64,000 nucleotides of DNA, from the NCBI GenBank assembly GCA_024227565.1, contig JAAEUE010000072.1, positions 62,192-126,191 of the forward strand. The letters run 5' to 3'. The notes below the pieces were generated by a model. It was not told where the DNA came from. It made no database searches and was given only the letters and a program-made list of their open reading frames with translations. Shown here piece by piece: positions 58,527-64,000 of the stretch (position 1 is the first letter of the stretch; the number at the start of each line of letters is the position of its first letter). The translations under genes and the position numbers were made by a program. Source of the stretch: Alphaproteobacteria bacterium (GTDB taxonomy: Bacteria; Pseudomonadota; Alphaproteobacteria; Rhizobiales; CAJQND01).

Positions 58527-58964
58527 ATGTTTGAGAAAATCGTGGTTGGTGTGAATGGCTCGGACCAGTCGATGAGCGCACTTGAGATCGCATCTGACTT
58601 GGCAACAAAATATGCCTCCAAGCTGTATCTGGTGCACTCTCCGGAATTGGAAACAACAGGCATTGCCGTAGGCGCGAGCGCGGTGTTGATCGAGCCTGAT
58701 CCCGGCGTTGTTGCTGAGGCTGGTGAGAGAGTGATGCACGCGGCCAAACAAAAAGCAGCGGAACTGGGCCATGAGCCAACCGAATACATCGTTGGAAACG
58801 ACGATCCGGCGCACGAGATTCTGAAGTGCACCGATAAGGTTGGCGCAGATCTCATCGTGTTGGGGCGGCGCGGATTGGGCGGCATATCGAGCCTTTTGCT
58901 CGGCAGTGTGTCACAAAAAGTAAGCCACGATGCGAAGTGCGCCTGCTTGACGGTGAGCCACTAG
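58527..58964 (+). CDS. Universal stress protein
   Basis: KIVVGVNGS, DLIVLGRRG, LLGSVSQKV; GAGGA RBS. Confidence 0.93.
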   Translation: MFEKIVVGVNGSDQSMSALEIASDLATKYASKLYLVHSPELETTGIAVGASAVLIEPDPGVVAEAGERVMHAAKQKAAELGHEPTEYIVGNDDPAHEILKCTDKVGADLIVLGRRGLGGISSLLLGSVSQKVSHDAKCACLTVSH

Positions 58965-58980
58965 CGGACGTTGGCGGAGG

Positions 58981-59346
58981 GATGATCTGAAGCTCGCCTG
59001 CCAGTTGGAGTTGGAGTCTGGACCCGATTACGGGCTGTTTTTAGATAGGTACCAGGCGTCTGCTGCCGACAGCCAAGGTCTTGCAACTGTGCGCTCCCAC
59101 CGTTGTCCGCTCATCGCCCGAGAGCGGCGCAAACACAGTTGGTACGGTTATCGATGAGGCCGTCTTTGTGCGGCACGAACTGAGACCGACCCGGACGTTG
59201 AGTGGGAGCCATTGCGCCTGGCAAACGGCGTCAAAGGATGGGCGCGCAAGGACCGCGTACGCACCTTTCTTGGCAATCAGTTGTGCTTCTCAAAAGATGA
59301 AAGCGAGAGGTGGAAGATTGTTGGCTACAATGCGGGGGGAGACTGA
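58981..59346 (+). pseudogene. Degenerate 3' relic of an SH3b-like domain protein
   Basis: VVRSSPESGANTVGTVIDEAVFV in one frame, then WEPLRLANGVKGWARKDRVR...LCFSKDESERWKIVGYNAGGD* in another; no convincing start. Confidence 0.5.
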
Positions 59347-59368
59347 GCCCAACCGAGGCGGCAGGAGC

Positions 59369-59962
59369 TCAACGTTCCGCATCGAAAATGTCCTTCACCA
59401 TCTCCTTTTGCTTCCACTCCGGCTCCGGCGGCGTATAGCCCTCGCGGGGGGCATAGATTGAAGCCTCCTGCTGGTTCATTGTCGGAATGTAGCGCGGGCA
59501 ATTGGGGAAGATGTGGTCAACACTCACCCGCACCAGGCGCTTTGCTCCGGGCAACCCGGAAAGGGCGTCTGCAGAGGTGTCTATCGTGGCGCGCCCGTTC
59601 ACCCGCATGCGGGCGGCCGAACCGTCAAAGCGTTGACCATCGAACCTCAAGAACAACATGCCCACCCGGCCACTCTGGGCAATATTGCCCAGGCTTCGAT
59701 ACATCCGGTTGCCGTCATAGTCCGGCCAGGTGAGTTCGGTGTCGCTCACGATCTGCACAAAGCCAGGTTCTCCACCCTTGAACGAGCAGTCCACGCTGTC
59801 TTCGCCTGCGGTTGCCAAGAAGAAGAAGGGGGCTGTCTCAATGATGCGGCGGTCATCATCGGTAAATCGCTCATGCATCCGGTGTTGTTCCAACCGGTCT
59901 GCAACCGCCCTTCCCTCATAGCGGTCCTGAAGCGCTCTCATTTCATCGTGATAGAAATCCAT
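59369..59962 (-). CDS. Pyridoxamine 5'-phosphate oxidase-like FMN-binding protein
   Basis: FFFLATA, DCSFKGGEPGF, PDYDGN, NCPRYIP. Confidence 0.88.
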   Translation of the reverse strand: MDFYHDEMRALQDRYEGRAVADRLEQHRMHERFTDDDRRIIETAPFFFLATAGEDSVDCSFKGGEPGFVQIVSDTELTWPDYDGNRMYRSLGNIAQSGRVGMLFLRFDGQRFDGSAARMRVNGRATIDTSADALSGLPGAKRLVRVSVDHIFPNCPRYIPTMNQQEASIYAPREGYTPPEPEWKQKEMVKDIFDAER

Positions 59963-60152
59963 GCTGCGGCACCTGCCTCTTTATCCAGGTTGGCTTGCCC
60001 CATCTTTCCACATCCAGCAGCGCCACGCCAACCTGAACGGCAGATCACCGAGCGCTCAGATGTAATCCGGCACGGTTTGCCTAAAACCGACATCATCACA
60101 TCACGGGAATGAACCGCCACGGTCCCCCCTCCCTCGCCGATTGCTGTGAAGC

Positions 60153-60734
60153 CTAGTCTAAGACGGCCTCTGCCTGCGAAACCACCGCATTGAGGGTTTC
60201 CGGATCAGCCCCCGATCTGGTCAATACCCGCAGGCCCAACAGCAAGGTGAGCAGAGCCTTGGCCTTTTGCCGGGCATCGCCTGAGCCAGTGTGCTGGTCG
60301 AGCTTGCGCGACAGTTTGATTTTCTCAAAGAAGAAACCCTCAACCTCGCGAAAGCATTTGGCCACAAAGGCGCAGATTTCCGGATCATGGGGGGAAAGTT
60401 CAAGGGCGGTGTTCACCAGAAGGCATCCGGCCGGATACTCGCCCTCGCCGCACTGGCCGGCCGCCGCCTTGAACAACTCGATGATGGCCTGGCGCGGCTC
60501 ATACCTGCGGCCAAGCTGGCCCAGAAAGTTTTCCCGGAAATTCTTGTCATAGTGCTCAAGGGCCGCGCAAAACAATGTCCGCTTGTCGTCGTAGGCTGAA
60601 TACAGGCTTCCCCGGCTCAGACCCGTGGCCTTGACCAGATCGCTGATGGACGTGGCGTCGTAGCCATGCGACCAGAACTCGAGCATTGCGGCATCGAGCA
60701 TCGCGGTTTCATTATATTGCTTTTCCCAAGGCAT
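60153..60734 (-). CDS. TetR family transcriptional regulator
   Basis: FWSHGYDATSISDLVKATGLSRGSLY, GCLLVN. Confidence 0.92.
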   Translation of the reverse strand: MPWEKQYNETAMLDAAMLEFWSHGYDATSISDLVKATGLSRGSLYSAYDDKRTLFCAALEHYDKNFRENFLGQLGRRYEPRQAIIELFKAAAGQCGEGEYPAGCLLVNTALELSPHDPEICAFVAKCFREVEGFFFEKIKLSRKLDQHTGSGDARQKAKALLTLLLGLRVLTRSGADPETLNAVVSQAEAVLD

Positions 60735-60884
60735 GGGCGTGCATGATCCTCCCAAGCGCCACAATGCCCAACTTGCCGAGCCTGGTCAACGCGGGCGGCA
60801 ACGGTGCCCACACTCGACGGCGGCGCCTACCTGGCTTACAAACCTCTCCCAAGACAATGAGAAATCAGACAGGCGGCAGATTTC

Positions 60885-61643
60885 ATGACACAGTTCATTC
60901 TCACAGACACCAGAGGCCAGACGGCGATCATCACGCTTAACCGGCCCGAAGTGCTTAACGCGTGGCACACCGAGATGCGCAACGAACTGCGCACCGCTCT
61001 AAAGGCTTTCAACCAGAATCCAGAGATCGGCGCCATCATTCTGACGGGCACAGGAGACCGGGCCTTCAGCGCAGGCCAGGATTTGAACGAAACCAAGACC
61101 TTCGACCCTGACCGGGCCGAGGCCTGGATTGGTGAATGGCGGGAGCTTTACGGCACAATCCGCGGCCTGACGAAACCATTGATCGCCGCGCTCAATGGTC
61201 TGGCGGCAGGATCGGCGTTTCAAGTTGCCTTGCTCTGTGACATCCGCATCGGCCACGAGGGCGTCACCATGGGCCAACCGGAGATTAACTCGGGCATTGC
61301 CAGCAATCTTGGCCCCTGGATCATGCGGGAACATCTGGGTTTGTCACGCATGGTTGAGCTCACTTTGTCAGGCCGCATGATGAGTGCGACCGAATGTGCA
61401 AGCTATGGCCTGATCCACCGCATGGTAACCCCTGGCCTGGTGATGGTTGAAGCCTTGAAGCTTGCCGCTGAACTGGCCGAAAAACCACCTGTTGCGATGC
61501 GGCTCACCAAACGCTGGTTCGCGGAGATGACCCAAGCTGGTTTCGATGAAGCCATGGACGCCGGCGTGCGCAACCAGCGCGAATCCTACGGCACCGATGA
61601 GCCTGTGCGCATGATGGAAGCGTTTCTGGCGCGCCGGAAATAG
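60885..61643 (+). CDS. Enoyl-CoA hydratase/isomerase family protein
   Basis: TLNRPEVLNA, AFSAGQDL, KPLIAALNG, QPEI. Confidence 0.92.
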   Translation: MTQFILTDTRGQTAIITLNRPEVLNAWHTEMRNELRTALKAFNQNPEIGAIILTGTGDRAFSAGQDLNETKTFDPDRAEAWIGEWRELYGTIRGLTKPLIAALNGLAAGSAFQVALLCDIRIGHEGVTMGQPEINSGIASNLGPWIMREHLGLSRMVELTLSGRMMSATECASYGLIHRMVTPGLVMVEALKLAAELAEKPPVAMRLTKRWFAEMTQAGFDEAMDAGVRNQRESYGTDEPVRMMEAFLARRK

Positions 61644-61647
61644 GCTC

Positions 61648-63111
61648 ATGAGCGCGTGCAGCTTTGTCACCTGCTTTCTGGACATCGCCGCGCGTGAGCC
61701 TGATCGGTTGTTTGCCCGGTTTGAGGGCCAAGACCTGACCTTTGGACGTCTTCACGCAGGGGCATCTGCTTTCGCGGCCCATATGCAGGCTAATGGAGCC
61801 AGCCCGGGCGACCGGGTCGCTGTGATGATGGACAATGGATTTGCTGCCATCTGCACCATATTTGGGCTGGCCTTCGCCGGCATGGCCTGGGTGCCGGTCA
61901 ATCCCAGACTGGTCGGCCAAAGCCTGGCTTATCAGCTTGGCCATAGCGAGCCGAAACTGCTGGTGTGTGATGAGAAGCACCTGGCCGCGGTGCAGGCATC
62001 CGGTCACGATCCGGCCAGCTCAGCAGTGATCATCCACAGTCCTCAAGGAGAGTTGGCCGGCATTCTGGACAGTGCAAAATCCTTCGATGCCAGCGTTCGC
62101 ACAGGCAAGGATCTGTTTGCCTTAATGTACACCTCCGGCACCACGGGCCCGCCGAAGGGCGTCATGATCACCCACTGCATGATGAGTTTTGCAGGCGAAG
62201 GGGTGCGCCACGGATCATGTGCACAAGCGGGCGATGTGATGTTTCTGTGGGAGCCCTTGTGCCATATCGGCGGGGCACAAATGCTCATTCTGCCGCTGCT
62301 CGTGGAAGTGCATCTGGCCATGGTGCCCCGCTTCAGCGCCAGCCGCTTTTGGGCCGAGGTTGCCGAGACCGGCGCCACCCACATTCATTACCTGGGCGGC
62401 ATCCTGCAAATGCTGCTGAAACAGCCCCCTGCACAGGGCGACAAGATCCATGGGGTTCGTGCGGCCTGGGGCGGCGGCTGTCCTGCTGAAACCTGGGTGC
62501 AGTTTGAGGAACGCTTCGCCATCCCGATCCGCGAATGCTACGGCATGTCGGAAGCCTCCAGCCTGACCAGCTCCAACGTGACCGGCGTTGTGGGTTCCGT
62601 CGGCCAGCCGATGGACTGGCTTGCGGTAACCATCGCAAGTCCGGATGAGGCCGGCCGCGGTGAGATTCTAGTGCGCGAGCGTCAACCCGGCGCGCTGTTT
62701 GCAGGCTATTTCAACAACCCCGACGCCACGGCGAAAGCCCTCCAGAACGGCAGCTTGCATACAGGCGATCTCGGTTCAATGGACAGCGAGGGCAATCTCT
62801 ACTTTCACGGCCGCATCAATGACAGCATCCGGGTGAAGGGCGAGCTTGTTTCGGCATGGGAGGTGGAGAGCGTGGCCACATCCCATCCTGATATTGAGGA
62901 ATGTGCCGCAATCGGCGTGGAAGCCGATGTGGGCGAACAGGAAATCAAACTGTTCGTCAAAGTGCAGCGCGGCGCACATTTGTCCATGGTGGCCCTGGCA
63001 GATTGGCTGCAATCGCGCCTCGCGCCACACCAGCAGCCGGCGTCATATGCCTTGGTGGATGATTTCCCCAGAACCCCGAGCCAGCGCATCATAAAGGCTC
63101 AGCTTCGGTAA
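61648..63111 (+). CDS. Acyl-CoA ligase, CaiC-like
   Basis: YTSGTTGPPKG, FSASRFW, YGMSE, HTGD. Confidence 0.9.
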   Translation: MSACSFVTCFLDIAAREPDRLFARFEGQDLTFGRLHAGASAFAAHMQANGASPGDRVAVMMDNGFAAICTIFGLAFAGMAWVPVNPRLVGQSLAYQLGHSEPKLLVCDEKHLAAVQASGHDPASSAVIIHSPQGELAGILDSAKSFDASVRTGKDLFALMYTSGTTGPPKGVMITHCMMSFAGEGVRHGSCAQAGDVMFLWEPLCHIGGAQMLILPLLVEVHLAMVPRFSASRFWAEVAETGATHIHYLGGILQMLLKQPPAQGDKIHGVRAAWGGGCPAETWVQFEERFAIPIRECYGMSEASSLTSSNVTGVVGSVGQPMDWLAVTIASPDEAGRGEILVRERQPGALFAGYFNNPDATAKALQNGSLHTGDLGSMDSEGNLYFHGRINDSIRVKGELVSAWEVESVATSHPDIEECAAIGVEADVGEQEIKLFVKVQRGAHLSMVALADWLQSRLAPHQQPASYALVDDFPRTPSQRIIKAQLR

Positions 63112-63156
63112 GCCGATCCACACCGCTCCGAGGCGCTGAGATGGCGGAAACCGACA

Positions 63157-64000
63157 CTACAGTTCGCGGGTCTTCAAGAATTCAATCTCTTCGTTCTTTT
63201 GCACCTTGTAGTCCAGCTCCCAAGCACTTTTGGCAAGGAACACTGGATTGTCATAACGGTCGCGAACGGTTTCGTTGCTGTGATACTTGATGAAATTGTT
63301 GAGCGCGGTCTCATTATCTGAGCGCAGCCAGACCGCCACCGTGTAGGGCATGCTCTCCACGCGGATATCGATCTTATATTCCTGCTTGGCACGCGACATC
63401 ATCACATCGAGCTGCAGAGTGCCCACAACGCCGATGATCCAGTGCGCGCCAACATTGGGCCGGAACACTTGCACAAGACCTTCCTCAGCCAAATCCTCAA
63501 GCGCCTTGCGCAATTGCTTGGACCTCGTGGCGTCCGACAGCAAAACCCGGCGCAGCAGTTCAGGCGCAAACACGGGAAGGCCGGTGAAACGCAAATCCTC
63601 GCCTTCCGTGAAGGTGTCCCCCACCCGCACTGTGCCGTGGTTTGGAATTCCGATGATATCGCCCGGTTCGGCCTCTTCAGCAATTTCGCGGTCCTGCGCC
63701 AGGAAGAAGATGGGGCTGTGCACCAACATGTCCTTGCCCACACGAACCTGCTTCAGTTTCATGCCCCGCTTGAAATGGCCTGAACACAAACGCAGGAAGG
63801 CCACCCGGTCACGGTGGTTGGAATCCATATTCGCTTGGACCTTGAAGACAAAACCGGAAACCTTTGATTCGCTTGGAAAAACCTCTCGTGTAACCGTAGG
63901 AGCCGGTTGCGGTGGCGGGGCGTACGCTCCGATCACATCCAAAAGGGCATTGACGCCGAATTCCCGCAGCGCACTGCCGAAGACAACAGGCGATAAGTTT
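63157..64000 (-). CDS. prfC: Peptide chain release factor 3 (3' part; 5' end outside window)
   Basis: FVFKVQANMD..HRDRVAF, GDIIGIPNHG, FTGLPVFAPEL, GVVGTLQLDV. Confidence 0.95.
   Translation of the reverse strand, partial: NLSPVVFGSALREFGVNALLDVIGAYAPPPQPAPTVTREVFPSESKVSGFVFKVQANMDSNHRDRVAFLRLCSGHFKRGMKLKQVRVGKDMLVHSPIFFLAQDREIAEEAEPGDIIGIPNHGTVRVGDTFTEGEDLRFTGLPVFAPELLRRVLLSDATRSKQLRKALEDLAEEGLVQVFRPNVGAHWIIGVVGTLQLDVMMSRAKQEYKIDIRVESMPYTVAVWLRSDNETALNNFIKYHSNETVRDRYDNPVFLAKSAWELDYKVQKNEEIEFLKTREL

Noticed and set aside
59081-59461. 126 aa ORF as an intact gene
   Set aside because: It overlaps the convergent flavoprotein gene by about 90 nt and only its first third looks protein-like; a frameshifted relic explains it better.

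Overview
GC-rich alphaproteobacterial chromosome segment, most likely Hyphomicrobiales, judged from the eipB, popZ, phasin, clpS-clpA and ExoR-like genes and their order. Most of it is core genome: eipB-ridA-GDPD-GNAT-HIT-azlDC, clpA-clpS-phasin-DD-carboxypeptidase, ilvD, valS-popZ-tolC-pcm, a Liv-type ABC transporter, tgt-queA-2x cyclophilin-coaD and prfC. The left end holds a probable taurine/sulfonate module: truncated soeA (missed by the ORF track), an omega-amino acid aminotransferase, a TauR-like regulator and ald. An accessory stretch lies at about 18.6-31 kb. I saw no rRNA, tRNA, CRISPR array, integrase or transposase. The main signal not explained by genes is a family of four 106-107 bp, CTAG-bounded, double-hairpin repeats with compensatory stem changes. 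Their ends supply stop codons to three neighbouring genes, and two inverted copies bracket a frameshifted FAD oxidoreductase plus its LysR regulator. Also noted: a possibly split VWA / membrane J-domain pair, candidate PhaR, TauR, FNR, CRP and CtrA sites, an SH3-like gene relic and several orphan proteins. All calls come from reading the sequence by eye; no searches were run.
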